From positions 50,964,001-51,028,000 of the forward strand of contig OZ320314.1 in the NCBI GenBank assembly GCA_976226885.1: a stretch of DNA of 64,000 nucleotides. Direction: 5' to 3'. The notes below the pieces were generated by a model that searched no databases, was not told the DNA's origin, and was given only the letters and a program-made list of their open reading frames with translations. Origin of the DNA: Iphione sp. A-MEVVRFRX5. Lineage: Eukaryota. The translations under genes were made by a program, and so were the position numbers. Below, one piece after another: positions 1 to 14,368 of the stretch (the stretch's first letter is position 1; each line of letters begins with the position of its first letter).

Positions 1-3000
1 CAGGATAATTAGTTAGCTTCTGAAGTGTAATCATGATTCCGATTCCACGGATGGAAGATGATAGTATCATCATGTATTACCAAAGATGAACTCATTGCTT
101 ATAGCTAATTTCAGGTTTACAAATGTATATGCATAGACACAGTCTTTTTTCTCCTCAAATCACGTCAGTCGGTCTGGAATCTCGGCAAAGCATATTTTAG
201 ATGAACAAACAAGCGTATTTTCCGACCCGGTGAGTAGACTCATATATGACCCTATAATATTTTATCAGCATCTTTATCGACGTTAAGTATCGAAACATGA
301 TCTAAATATGACGATCACGTGACCCTCGCCCCAGGCCTCACCGTGATCCGAACAAACAAATTAGCATGCACAATAAGAGCAGAAAGAAAGCAACACTAAT
401 ATTTCGGCCGATGGAAATTAAGGATAAGCAGACGATGATGACAAGACACTGTGGAAGTAAAAAGCCCATAATAGGATGCTTGTCAACATTCCTTGGGCCT
501 GTCATATGCTGTGCTTAAACCAAAGGTTAATGCAGAAGCGTCCCTTTCATTGCCTCAACTGTAGAACTCACTCGCTGATATTCTATAGATTGGATGTGAG
601 CGGAGGGAAGGCTTGGTATGTTTCTAATGTTCTCAGGAAAGGAATCGTGTGGAATTCAGATAGCGAGGACAGTGAATATCAAAGGTAACTTATCAAAGGT
701 AACAGGGATGTAGAAATACTAATGGCTCGTCTTTCGCACGGATGTTCCCAGAATGGCCATTCTCTTCAGACGATTCAACAATTTACCATCAGCGTGTAGT
801 ACAGATTGTACGCAGTAATAGTTGATAAACTTCGAATATTTCATCAAGATTGCTAACAGTAATCTGAGAAGGTAATGGGAAGAACGTAATGCTAGTGTGC
901 CGTTTTATTTCAGGTTGATTCGGAGAGTAGTAGCTTGGAGAATTTACAAGGGAAAAAGCTTCCGCCATGGTTAATAATCAAAATGGTCTCTAGAAAATGC
1001 ACAGCTTCATTAACGATATTGGATCTCGAGTCATTAAGGGATTATTTCCCACCCATCGGAGATCATGTGTTATTCATGGGATTTTCCTTGAGCGATGCGA
1101 CCAGTGTTTCTGCTTCTACGATAATTTGACCTTCATATTACTTCGAAGATGATACTAAATCACTTAGTTAACAATATTCAGCCAGTTGTGTAAAGACAAT
1201 GGGACATTCAATACGAAAGGCAAAAAAAGGCGTGTGTGCATATGTTGGGAGGGGGTGGGGGGAAATAGGTAGACATCATGTACACTGTATTGCTCTGTGC
1301 GAATTACTTGCGGATTCTTTATCTGACCCACTGAATTCTATGTGATTCATTGTTTTCATGACGCTCGCAGTTGTGCTTGGTTCATAATTTTGGTATTTTA
1401 TCGTTTGCCACATCGAAAGTTTTTGCGTCATCAGTTATGATCCGTAAACGAGAGGTTGAACTCCCCCATTCCCATCTCCTGCACCGCAATCATTACAGTG
1501 GCAAGAACCTTTGAACCGGAACTACACGAGAAACTTCCGGTTCCAGATGACAAAGCCTTCCGTCCGTCCTAGCGTTTCTCAGGTCATCGGCATCGATTAT
1601 ATTTCGATGGATTTTTACTGACATTGGATCTAAATTGCAATCGATAGACACACTTTTTAGAAAGTACGATACACTGATTAAGGGAGAGCTTGTCTCGTAA
1701 GAACAAAGTGTTTGCCTTGCTTGATTCTGCACTATTTATCGCATGATTTGCAAGATACACAGCACTTGGCATTTAAAAATGAGGGTTGAAATGTTGATGA
1801 GACAGCCGATAGTGACCCATAGACCCTGCCGGCCGATACCTACACCGCTAAGGTCTTGTTTGAAGGCTGGTGCGGGCAGGTCACCTGATCCATCTTCCAC
1901 CAATAGCAGCAGATGCCAGAGCCCTCACCCTCCATCCCCTCTCCCTTCCTCACAACCATATGGCACTCATTTATCGGCCAGCATTTTATGCCTCCCCCGC
2001 TTTTTTTTTCACACATCCACTTTGATGCACCGTATCCCTGGATATCCGCGGGCGGGATGAGGGTTGGTAGCCTTTCTCTTCAGTCCCACCGCCTCTTCTC
2101 CCTTTCACCTTGGCAGCCCCCTACCTTCTCATGGGTCTCATTTACCGGACGATTCCTTACACTTCCCCCGCCCCCTTCTCGCTCTCTTTCCTTGTGGCGC
2201 CATCTGGGAGGCTTGTCTCTAACTGCCCTCAGGGCCCTTCTTGAAGTTCACTGCGCACTTGATAGTCGTTGGGCTCTTCACTCGGACACCCCGAGGTGGA
2301 GCTAAAACAACTCTATCCACTGCTGTCAACAGGGTTTAGAAGTACCTTGCGCATAGTGATTATGTGGGCTTTGGCTCCAAATACCACAAAATAATTAAAA
2401 TGATGACTAAAACCAAAGAAAGATAAAAACGCGTTCACAATCTAAAAGAATGAACCACGTAACCTGGTATTTTTTATTCGCTCTTAAACATTATGCTTTA
2501 ATTTCACTGTTTCACAAGGTACCTTAAAAGGTTTAAGTGGCAGGGTCACTTTGCTCAACACTGAACTTGTAACTATCCATTTCGTACATACGGCCTGTCA
2601 GCACCGTATATAAATTCTTCTTTTTCAGAGCAGGAAAGCAGTGAAACTGAGAAAAACATAAGGAAAGGTTATGTGCTAATTTGCCTCAAGCGTCTTTGCT
2701 GAGAATCTGACAAACACACCAGCTGCTTAGGCACATGAAATTGTTGATATTGTTTCCGATTTTAAACCTAGGAGTATTTTCTATGAATTTTAAAAGTATG
2801 CAGTGCTTTTTTTCTAGAGGAGGTTTCGGTTGGGCATTTATTTGAAACTGGAGGGTCATACAGCCCCATTCCCAAGTTTCAGCATATACTCAAAGGTGAA
2901 GGAACAACGTCAGTGGTATAAATGATGAATTAGCGAGTATGCCCTCTGAGCAATGTAACTATAACCTAAGTTTCAGTCTTCAGATAAAAAGCAACAGCAC

Positions 3001-6000
3001 AAGTAACAGCACAATCGCGTCTCTTAGGTGTAGAAGATTTTAGGAGTTCTGTTAACGTCCCGCCCAACGCGTACATATATACATGTGGCTGCGTGACCAC
3101 ATACCCCAGGGGCCCTCTCTACACATGTCACAGATAACCCCAGTGCCGCACCATTGATATCTTCCCAAGACAACGCCTACTGGCCGGATCCAACGTTTAC
3201 ACTTCCAATTGCTCCATTATCGCCCGTAACATGGTACTAGCCAGACGCCGGTAACCTGGTACCCTGACGCCGACCGCTACAGAGAGCTCATTTGCAAAGG
3301 GAGCGGATCTTATTACCATAACAACGCGTTTAACAAAGCTGTGTGTGAATGACAGGACAGCTGTTGGATCCGACCTCCTGGAGTGCTAGCTGTTCAATTA
3401 GCAGCACTCATGCCCTCCCCAGGAGGAATCCGAAAATCAAGTGGACGGCCCCAGGGTTGGTTTGATATGGTCAGACCCAGGTCAGCTCAGGTTATAGGTC
3501 AAGGTACCGAGGTCGGAGGTCCAGATAATTTCTCCTCTCATTAACGGGTGGTAGCAAACACCTTTATTGGCTTGAATGTGGCCTTTCACAATGCGAGTTT
3601 GAGAAAATACAGTGACTGTATTTTATGGTTTTTTTTCTCTAATCGTAAGGATTGTGGAAAATAAAACAAATATTCCAGTGCAATTTTCAATTGAGATGCG
3701 TGCAGAACGCGACGCCTTGGGCCGAAGCACATACATCTGTAGTTCCCCTGGCGATGAAGGGGGAGGACGGCGGTCAGTTTGCAGCCGTGATGTAATTTGC
3801 TGTCCTCATCCTCCAAGCCTGATTGTATTTGGCGGAAGAGGTATGTATCACTGTAGGGTAAGTCAAATTGAAGTTCTGGCAGGGTAGAGGGTGGAAGGTT
3901 ACATTGGTCAAGTAGTAGAACGACCTACTAATTCAGCAGTGGTGAGCTGCCCACGTGACCGTGTGTCTGAAAGGGCTTAAGAGGGACTTAAGATAGGACA
4001 GTATGGAAGGGAAGAGGAAATGGACAGGATAAACATGGAGGGAAAGAAAAACAGAAGAGTTTGACCAAAAAACTAGTGGGGATGTACGGGAAAACAGATA
4101 GATAGCCTGAAAAGTTGGCAAATACAAAAAGGACAGAGAACCAGACAAAGGCAAGGAGAGACGAAAAAACGGTATCTAAAGTACACATGGCAGTCAACTG
4201 ATCCTACGCAATCATATGCAAATTATAGGTGATATTTTATTTTGCCGCACATCCTTTTTAAGGTCTCATCGCCATGTTACCTTCAGGTAACAGATTTTAT
4301 CAATGCAGCTCACATTGAATTGCTGATAACCGGGCCTTATCACCTTGAAGTTTGTCAAGAGCAACTCCCCTTACACCTACCGACGTCTGCTACACCATTT
4401 ATATGAATAGAGGTATGTGAATCATCAGTTGGTGGGTGTGTTTAAGGAGAAAGGTTTCCAGTCGGAGGCGCTAGGAGCCTTGGGTCAGGCCATACCTCAT
4501 CCCACCCTCTCACCCGCAGGAATATGACAGACGAGAGGGGGCAAGTACTACTCGTCACACCTGGTGGGTAATCGGGAGTGAAAGGGTTAAGATCAGGTTC
4601 GTATCTGGCGGGTGGTACACCAAGGTATGGCGATTCGTTACGCACTCCAGTACACGTGTTGCTACACATCAACCGCCAAGAGTGTTACGCTTTTACCAAC
4701 TCGCAACAGTCCATACTCATTCATACTCGGAGCACTCTGCCTTTAGCATAACCCATGTTCCTCACTGCATGTACTTACTTACTAGAATCCTTTTCTAACT
4801 CCCAGGCACACAACTATAATGTGCCTGACTCTATCGCAAACCACATCTGACCTCGAACCGTTTCCCCACCCACCCAGGCTGATATGCCTCTGTCCACCTC
4901 GTAAAACTCCATCAAGCACTCAAGCCACGCTTGTACCCATACTTTTTCACATTCTCCGGCTTTTAACTCACCCACACATTCTCCCGCCCACCCACCCAGT
5001 AACAGTCTCACAGTGGGACGGTGCTGACCCCTGGGTGGTAGAGATCGAGCTACAAGTGATCCAGTGACCTGAAGGTGACCGTCGATCATATACCTGCCCG
5101 GCCATCACCCACCAGGAGTTAACATGGTAACGAAACGTTCGTAATGTATGTTATGTGCTTGATGATTTACGCACCTACCTCTGCGCTTAAACCCTTTTCC
5201 TACAGGCCACACCGAAAATAACCGTCATTTTTACAGCCGGTGGAAACACCAGTGTTGTTATGAAAGTATTTATTGGATATTTGCAATGTTCAGCCTGATC
5301 ATTCTCGTTTAGTGTGTTCCCTTTCATACCCTATCCCTTGCATAGCATTATCTTTCTGTGCAGTCGTTGCCAACACTGACTTGCTTTATTAATAATGTTT
5401 TTGTGCAGCCATATTTTCCTAAAAGTCTTCTCCAAGATGTTGATCAGATGCTCGCATAGAGCCAAGTTTCTTTTTTGAATAGTCCATGCTGCCAAAAGTA
5501 TAACTGGTGCGGTTGGATCATTTCCTGTCTAGAAAGGAGAAAATTGAGCACCACCCTTCATATCTCTCGCCGTGTTAGTCACTGAGGGGAAGACAAACAA
5601 TACCGAAGGCAAAAAGTATTCATTGTTTGCCAATCCGAAAGGACAGATTATGCAAAAGGCCATCCGTTTAGTCAAGCATCGGGAGGTTTCACCCCTCTGG
5701 TCCTCTGTTCTGATGCCAGCAGTGGTTAGACGGCCCGGGAAGTCAGTTGACCATCCCAGCCAGGTTTAAGCCACGCCCAGTCTCTTTGATCCCTCCGACA
5801 GGACACCTTCCTGAGAGAGGTCTACGTGCAATGTAGTTGTACCTCTAGGCGATGGATGGTGGATAAGGTGGTGGAAGAAGGTGCTGGTTTTGGTGGTCCT
5901 GACGGCCACGATAGTTCATGCGTGCATATCAGCGCAAATTCTGGCATGTCTACATACATGATGTATATTCACATTGATATGACTAACTGTCTACACAAGG

Positions 6001-9000
6001 TTTATTAGGTTTCCCCCCCTTGCCCTCATTTCGCTATTCTTTAACTGTGGGATAGAGACTGGCAACATTTGTATCCATACTGCACAGTAGCAGGAAAACC
6101 ACTTTGAGATATGTAATAAAAGAAAACTGCTAGAAAATATAATTTAATTGAAAAAAGCATGTTCAGGCATTCAGTAATTGCAGCAATTGACTCTGCAACT
6201 TTTTTGCAGTACTCAGTGAAATCATGACCTCGCACTCCCCTATACATTATCATACTGTGGTAGTTCTCTTCATGTATATGCGTTCATAAGCTACGTATAT
6301 ATTATATAGTGCCTACTTGCTGGCATAAAGGTACAGCCTGCCTTGTATACTTACCATTTGCCTCCATTTCCGTACAAATGTACAGAACACCCAGTCATCC
6401 TGACACATATAACACATATCTACACACACTTGTATACATAACGCTTCACTTCTGTACTTCTAGAAAACACGCATGTCCTCTTTCACAGATAACGATTGTA
6501 AAATCAGCTTTTTTTGCTTCATGGCATTAGTTTTCCCCCATGATAACTCAGTTTCTTTGAGAGATGTCGTCAGAGGTAATATCCGTGCTATGAACCTGCC
6601 GGTCCATCTTCGTTGCTCGTATGTTGCCTCACTCCTTAGCTATGTCTGTGTTAAAAAGATAAAGTCCATTTTTATTTATTTCTAAGTCGTTCAACGTCAA
6701 GTCAGGTGCATCCAGCCAGGGAATGAATGTCAGCCTATTAAGGCATTTTACGTCCGGAAGTTTATGGAATTAATGATTATTTTTGTCATAAATTCCTTCT
6801 AAAGGAGCACCGACAGTGTACAGACCTTCTTTGTCGTTGACCTCCCTCGTTGCCCGCGTTCCCTGCCAAATTATCTGTTATGTTTTCAACCTAGTAAGTC
6901 TTGGAATGTAGACGCTTACAAAAAGCATCCTGATGACCTGAATTACTGCGGAGTCTGTGCAGTAATCTGCAGGCGGGATAGAAGCGTTAAGAGATTATGT
7001 ACCATATAGACTTCAGCCGGTTCTGTTATCATCACGAATGTCGAAAATACTGTAAACTTGCTGAATGGCGTGTATTTTAAAACCGTAGGTGTTTGCAAAG
7101 AGGAAAGGCTATTTTATATAACGAGTCAGAGAGTAGGCTGGATAGAATTCAAGCAGTCAGATAAGGAATCATCGTGAACGTAAGCAGCCAAAGAAGGAAT
7201 CTCTTACAAGTTGAAAAAGATTGCAGAGAATCAGCGATTATAAAACAGGACCGCACCACCATCGCCCCCCCCCCCCCGGCCTGTGCTTGTCCTATGTGTC
7301 CTGCATCGTGCGGAGGCAGATGTTGTTGTTACGAGGTATAAGTGAATGATCCGCCGTTGAACCTCTAATTCATCTGGAGCTTGAAAGGTGGCGTTGGGTG
7401 ACGCGGGGGCTTTTGTTCCTCTCAGCAGGGGGTGTGATAGCTCTTCCAGATTATCTCGCCACCACAATCACACTTTTAAAGGGACACACGGACCCCGCCG
7501 GGGCCTCTGTGTACATCAATCTAGAGGTCCTTTATATCTAATCCTGGATGGTATGTGTACGTGTGTGTCTGTCATGTACCCGAGGTGGTCGCTGTCAAGG
7601 ATAGTTGAGTTAAGGGAAAAAAGAGACGTGTTTTAGATGCAGAAAAGTACACGATCACGGACAGCCACGAGTGCATGCACACATCCACGTACACACATTT
7701 ACACATACATATTACAGCTATACAATCAGGAATCAGACAGGCGCACATACACAATTCAGCAAGCCCACGCACACATAAAGGACAGGATAAGAGCTACCCA
7801 ACCCAGTGTATTGGTTGCAAAAGCTAAAATCACCAGTTGGTTTTGGTTATCAAAACAATTGGCTAGTTTAGCATCAATCTGATTTTGTTTTTCACTGAAA
7901 TTAGAAAACTTTCCGGCAACCAAAGGCAACCCACCTCCCTACTTCAAGAGCACAGTGGAGCACAATGATGTGTTAAAAGGTATGGACAAAGCGGTCGATT
8001 TAAATGCCATGTATTTTTTGCTCAGAAGATGTGTCCTCGTCCCATCTTTTCCTCTCGCTCTGACATTGTTTTTATACTAGCTTTGAAGGAGAGACTTCTG
8101 TCTCAATGTGCGAGTTGCCTGTCGTTATATCCATTACCTGTAGGAATCTTGAAACTGCCGCTTCCTCGGGGCGATGAATTTAACTCTGGTTGGTCCTGCT
8201 TCCTACTTCAGATGTACTCTCATATGGCCGTACGTGTTTTTACTTAGCGATTATTTCCATATCTGTTTAATGTTTCAGAAGTTAGAGCTGGGAATGATGC
8301 TGTCCATTCCTTCTACATTTTGACCATCTGACCACCCTTCTGGGACTTGTGGATAGAATGACTTTTATTTTTTAGAGAGGAAAGCACATGTATACTTACT
8401 TGCAACAGCAGTTCCTGAGCAAACTCGGATGAATATATGTACATGTTTTTGTAAAGTTAGAAACGTCGTATAGTTTATAGCTGCGATCAGAGATCATAGA
8501 CCACTCCTCTGGCTTTTATACAAGGTATACCATCCATACGATTGTGGCTCACTACTAGTGAGTTAGATGTATGTGTGTGTGCTTGTGTGTATGTGAGTGA
8601 CATATCATACCCTATGATAACGCACACCGCCGCGGTTGGTCTGCACACTCTTGGGGGCGTCCCTTGGGCCTCCCTAGTCCGCCCCTCGTAATCGTTTGTT
8701 GTTATTCATGTTCGGGGCTCCTCTTACAGCCCTCCGGCCACCCATCCCTCAGATGGGACCTTCTCCTGTATGTCCCACCCCGTATGCATACAACCTGGAG
8801 GAGGTTAAGGTCGTTCCCCTAGGGGCATCAAGGTCACATCAAGAACATTTTGGACATGCCGTTAGTTGATAAATGGGTCATATGCCGCCTTGCCCTATTA
8901 CACACTACATCCGGGAATGTCCCTGAAAGTACATTCTTTTCACTGTTCCCTCTGCATTGCATTTTTTTTCTCATTGTTTTCATGTATGTCATGGGCATCT

Positions 9001-9643
9001 ATTCGGCAAATTCTGCATCCTGCGGATTGCCTTTCACATGTTATATATTAGCACTTCATGCTCTACAGGAATGCCTCTCCCAAGAAATTAGAAGCAGACG
9101 TTTTCTAGTTGATTAAGATTCAGACATGCATGCGAGCTATTCCTAATGGATTTCACAGTTGAATTATAAGCAGTGTATCAAAAGCTACTGCCGATGGATA
9201 AAACGCCCCAACACAACCTGGCAACGAAAAGTGAATTCATGCTCACATGCACATGAGAAGAGTCAGCTATGATCTTCTGTTGAATACTATCAATGGCTGG
9301 TAAACACACCAAGATTTTGGCGAGTAAAATTTGACGGGGGAACACTTGGGGAACATTACATGGTAGCGTCATTAGATGAACGCACTCCTTCTGTGTATAC
9401 CGTGATCCTGACCCCATCGGACAAGGATCGAGTCCTGTTGAACTGAATACACATGCTGGGGATCCCAAGGCAACTGTTATGTCCTGTCAACTCGCGCCTG
9501 CCCTTCCAAGGTCACGACAGCTTTATCTGCGCCATTACTGATTTACATGTATTTTGATTAACATTTTAAGGAGAAGGGAGTTTACTCTCCTACCCCCTTC
9601 CTTGCTTGATGCACTGAATACTGCCACTTGGAATGTTGCTCGG

Positions 9644-9650
<7 letters not shown>

Positions 9651-9700
<50 letters not shown>
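9651..9700. repeat. (CT)n microsatellite
   Basis: About 25 perfect CT units. Confidence 0.95.
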
Positions 9701-9704
<4 letters not shown>

Positions 9705-12700
9705 CTGTCTCTCCCTCTCCCCTCCATACCTTTAATATTGGCATGTATATGTATCTAAATAGCGTGTTGTTGGCCGAATTTACTCCGACTTATTTCTGAA
9801 CAGGATTCATTAAATACATATAAGCACTGTACTTTCACATATGTTTTCACTCCTAGAAGCCAAACATACTCACTGTATCTGGACCGAATCCAGTTACTGA
9901 GGTACATATATCCAGTGCAACATTGTATGCTTAAGAGCAGTTGCATCAACTCATGTTAAACTGGAAGCAGAGACCAGATAGGCGACTCAGTCTGGGGACC
10001 ATTTGACCCTCAGCTAAAAGAATATACAAGATTTGTTCCTAAGCCCGTGTCAATTCGTCAACTGTGCAGATAAAAAAAGTTTGGAAGGTTAGGAATTCAG
10101 AAGGCGTCTAGAACCTAAAGAAGTTGGTACTGTCAGAGGGGTTTCATAAAGTTGCTCAAAGACTTTCCATTAATGTATCAAATACATGCATTTAGACTGT
10201 TCATTGATGTATCAAATACATGTGTTCCTGCAAGATTACTATTTTAGGATTACATATCATAACCATTCTTCTAAAGCTTTTTAGATGTGAGCGCTTTATA
10301 TGGATTTATTGAAACACATGCATGTTGAGAAATGTTAAGCATTTCACACAGGGACTCTCTGGAGGATGGGGAGCGAGCTGGAATGATAAAACTTGACACG
10401 AATCTGCCTGGTACCGAATTGTTTTTCCCCCTTTAACTTCCTAAACGTTTTACATCGATAAGACCATGCGTGTACTGGGTGTCTGGGGTCGTGTAAGCCT
10501 GTGGTCTGTCAGTGTGTAGAACCCTCATACACGCCGCCTGTTGCCGCCCATATCTCCCACTTGTCTGCCGTCATGATGGACTAGCTTCAGCCTGGACGCA
10601 GACAATGACGAATAGTACAGACCACGGCCGACTGAAGCGTGGTATTATTACAACTTGGGGCAGGGTGGATTGGGGGTGGGGGTGGGGGTGGAGAATGGGA
10701 CAAGATTTCTTGAGGGAGTAGGTGAAGTTTGATGCGTGCCTTCCTTTACTATTCTCGTGAGAAAAGTAAGAAGGGAAGAAGCATGGCTCCACGGCAGTTC
10801 AATGGAAGAAGGGTTATGAATGATCAGCATTCTCCTACATTGATTTTCTGCAATTTACAATGCTATAATGCATACTCCTTGTATTTTTTTGTATCAAGCT
10901 GTCTGCGCACCTTCTGTATGCTTCATATACATAACTACATGCTTGCATACCTGCCGTATTCATGCTGTGACTTAACAGGTAATCCAGAATTCCTATAGTT
11001 TTTTGGGGGTAATACGTTCCGATCTCTACTTATACTTAATATGGCTCCCCCGCTCAACCAGGCCCAGCCCGTCTGGCCGTCATATACATTATCATTACAA
11101 GAAACAATAATCTCTGCCGAGGTACGGTGGCAGCCGGACCCTTTTCGTGGGAATGTTTTACACGTAGGAGCTGGAGGAGGCCGGATAATTGAAGAAATTG
11201 GTGAATGAGACCATGGTTTAAAAGAGATGAGAGACGCACGCCTAGAGAGAACGCTGACAGGACGCCCCACCCTAAAACAGTGGCGCCACCAAGGTGATGG
11301 ATCACCAACTATTTCTGTACCTCAGGCTTTGTCTTATATCTGCATATCTGGTCGCCGCTGATTTAGAATTCAAATGATACAGTGGTGGGTCTGTGCACAC
11401 GGACAGTTTTTGAGTGATGGGGGGAGGATGCCAGGACTGCCAAACAGACCTGTTCGCGAGGCAGCACAAACACTCATTCCTTAGCATCCCTGAACCTTTC
11501 TCGTTGATAAGGATCCAACCTGTGGGCGTCATTGTTGTCGTCCTCTGGCATCGAATCTACTTACCAAGTGCGGTTCTAAGAGCCACCCAAAGGGCGGTTT
11601 GCCCACTGTGAGAAGGAATAAGACCTAGACAAATAAGGCCGGGTAATGATGTTGAATATGTGTATGATCAAGGGTAGGTCATTTTAATGTGCCATTGGTA
11701 CAATGTATAACTGTCAGTGGAAAGAGCTAAAATAACGGACGCGCCTATTCACGACATATTTTGGAAGGGGCAGATAATATAAGGTTTAGACAGCCAGACA
11801 GGGTGGGATCAGCGGAATATACATGTATACTATATATAATATATATGGTGGGATAAAGAAGCGAGGAGGAAGAGCAGACATGGGCATAAGACAGACAGAC
11901 ATGAGACAAACAGACAGATATGAGACAGGCTCAGAATGGGCATGTCATGCAGACATACATGAGACAGCCAGACGACCAGACAGACAAAGCATTCTGCCAA
12001 TGGTGTAACCCCACACCGCTAAAACATCCCTCCTCTTACTATAGATGTTGCCCACTCAAAAGGGACTTTCGAGGGTCCTGCTGTGAATGTCATCGATTCA
12101 CATCAGCCTGGACCCCTTCTCATCTTACCATGTTCTTGATGATGATGATACTGACGGACCATCACCACAGCCCACAGAGGTATCATTTCTTCCCTGTTGG
12201 TACCCAGGGGCCTATGTGTATTTCTATATGAGTAACGTTGCCACCTCGGCTTTGATGACGTGATTCTCTCCTCACCTCATGGTTTTCATTTTCTAATGGT
12301 GAAAAATATCACACCTACCAGACCAGTCTGTGGTGAGTACATGTCAACATTGGCGTGCAGGGACAGGCTGATTTATGCCCGGGTGGTGATTAGGCGATAG
12401 GAGAGATGATTTGGGTCGAGTCATTTTACATATGGGAATGCTTATGGCCTTTTTCACTCGGCTCGCATAAATGTCCACATGTGCCAGGTTTTGACCTCTG
12501 CCAGGCGTGTCAGTATGGTGTTTCACCTTGTAAGAGGCTGTTTATCTTTCATTATCAGACGTCATAGTGCAAGGTGAAATGGGGACAAGATATTAACTCC
12601 AGATAAGGAAGTCATTACTTGGGTAAGGTAACATCATCAAAGGACGTGAGTTACCACAGGGATCTGTTCCTGTCATCCTTTATAAATACTTCAGAATACA

Positions 12701-14187
12701 TATTCTCTTGTAATAAGAAGCTTTTGATCCTGCTTTACACACGAACTGGCGACATGGATTCCTAATTTAGAGTACATTTATTCCATTTGTTTATACCACC
12801 AGAGAGGCATCTCTATAAGCAGAACGTATAGCTGAAGAGAAACTGAGGAACAGAAGTTAACTTGGCAGTTTTTCTTCTGTGTTGTGTAGACCCACACATT
12901 CTAACTTTTTGACTAAGGGCACATGCTGTTCATATTTTGATTTGCAACGTAATGAGGGTCATCCTGACTGTCACCATATCGCCCTTGTCATCTGGAATCC
13001 CACTTGAACCTTTAATTCTGTCAGCGGCGATCCCAGTGTGGCGCTGATACAGACGAAATACCGAGACGGTCGAGGAGGATCTCTGTTGAAACAATCAACA
13101 CATCACTATCACGGGTCACCCCCGGGAGATCACTTTCACGCTCATTTACCCTCCCTCCGGGGATGCTCGTGGAACATCCAGCCTCTCCAGCGCCCGCTCC
13201 CTGACCGCCCAGGGCGCCACCTGGGAGAGATTCCCACAACAGCAGCATGGGGGCGCCACCTATGTCGACTTCCGGTGTCCTTTCCCACTGTATTGCTTTT
13301 CCCTCTCTTTCTCTCTCTGCCTCCTTCCTCCCTTCCCCATCATCCCTCTCTCCCGCCTGCCCTTGCTGCCCCCCCCCCCACTTCCTTCCTGTATCTTCTT
13401 TCTTGTCTAACCCTAGCAGAATATGTTTTAACACATATACGACCACCGTATAGTACAATACAAAAGTATTAGATGGCTAATTAGTTGCTCGTTCCTTTCG
13501 ACAACATCAGTAGGGTTATTAAAAACCATTCCCCCCATTCCCCGTGGGGAACATGTAGGGGGGTGCTAGGGAGAGGGGGAGTCTCCAGGTTGATGGATGA
13601 CCTATGTCACAGATAACACAGATAAGGGTCATCTCAGATATCTGTGGCCGGGGAGTGGACCTTCTTATCAGCGTTCAGACGCTCAGACCTCCTAGACGGC
13701 ATGGTAATGTGACCGTCGTGACTACCAGTGCTGCGTACATGAGTAGAATGCTGCCCCCTGGGAGCAGGGAACACAGCATGATTGATTCTATATTTTTGGT
13801 TTCTCCAAAACGCAAGACTTGAACACATCTTTACTCCCATCTTGTTTCCACCCCTCTTTCTTCTCTTCCTTCCACTTTTGCACTCTTTTCTGTCTTGCCC
13901 TCCGATCAAACCCTCAGTTCCATGTGTCCCTACTGTATATATCTCATATACATGTATCTCCCTTGTCTCCCAGCTTAGTTTCTCTCTCTTTTCATCACTG
14001 CGTTGGACACGTGTATTCCTTTGTCTCTTCCTGACCCCTTTCTTTTGCTTTTCTGCTCTCATTTTCTCTCCTCTTCCCTGTGTTCCTCCTCATCGTACTC
14101 ACATACCTCATTTCCCTCGTGCACCTTATCTCCATACTAAAACAGCGGAAAATATCAGTCTTCAGTGCTTTTCTGTTATCCTTGCAG

Positions 14188-14368
14188 GTGCCCCTCGTCG
14201 GAGCAGCACAGCCCTGGTAACTGTCCTGGTACAGGATGTCAACGACCAGACGCCACGTTTCCAACACTCCCGCTACGCGGCGCGCGTGGAGGAGGGGCAA
14301 GTGGCACCACAGTTCGTCCTGCGCGTCTCCGCCACCGATCAGGACGCCGGCAGCAACGCGCAGATTAT
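14188..14368 (+). CDS. FAT4: Fat/FAT4-like cadherin, internal exon 1 of 16 in window (cadherin repeats); gene is 5'-partial
   Basis: cttgcAG acceptor at 14186-87, GTgagt donor at 14369; encodes GAPRRSSTALVTVLVQDVNDQTPRF...ATDQDAGSNAQI; starts phase 1, ends phase 2. Confidence 0.95.

Noticed and set aside
1450-1900. Possible very old CR1/L2 RT remnant on the minus strand (VYLANHAI, LRDKLSLN, SVSIDCNL)
   Set aside because: Motifs are weak, lie in different frames and include no diagnostic YADD or GVPQG; cannot be supported without an HMM search
6911-6988. Nested hairpin starting with CTGATGA (hammerhead-like)
   Set aside because: The stem is followed by CGGGA rather than GAAA, and there is no cleavage triplet or stem I
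13025-13260. GC-rich patch after an acceptor-like tctgtcAG, with ORFs on both strands
   Set aside because: No cadherin or other recognisable motif, stops in the best-looking frames, and no convincing donor; not needed for the Fat model
13782-14187. Hydrophobic N-terminal part of the 196-aa ORF, resembling a membrane segment or signal peptide
   Set aside because: It is the CT-rich intron end read through into exon 14188; the composition reflects the polypyrimidine tract
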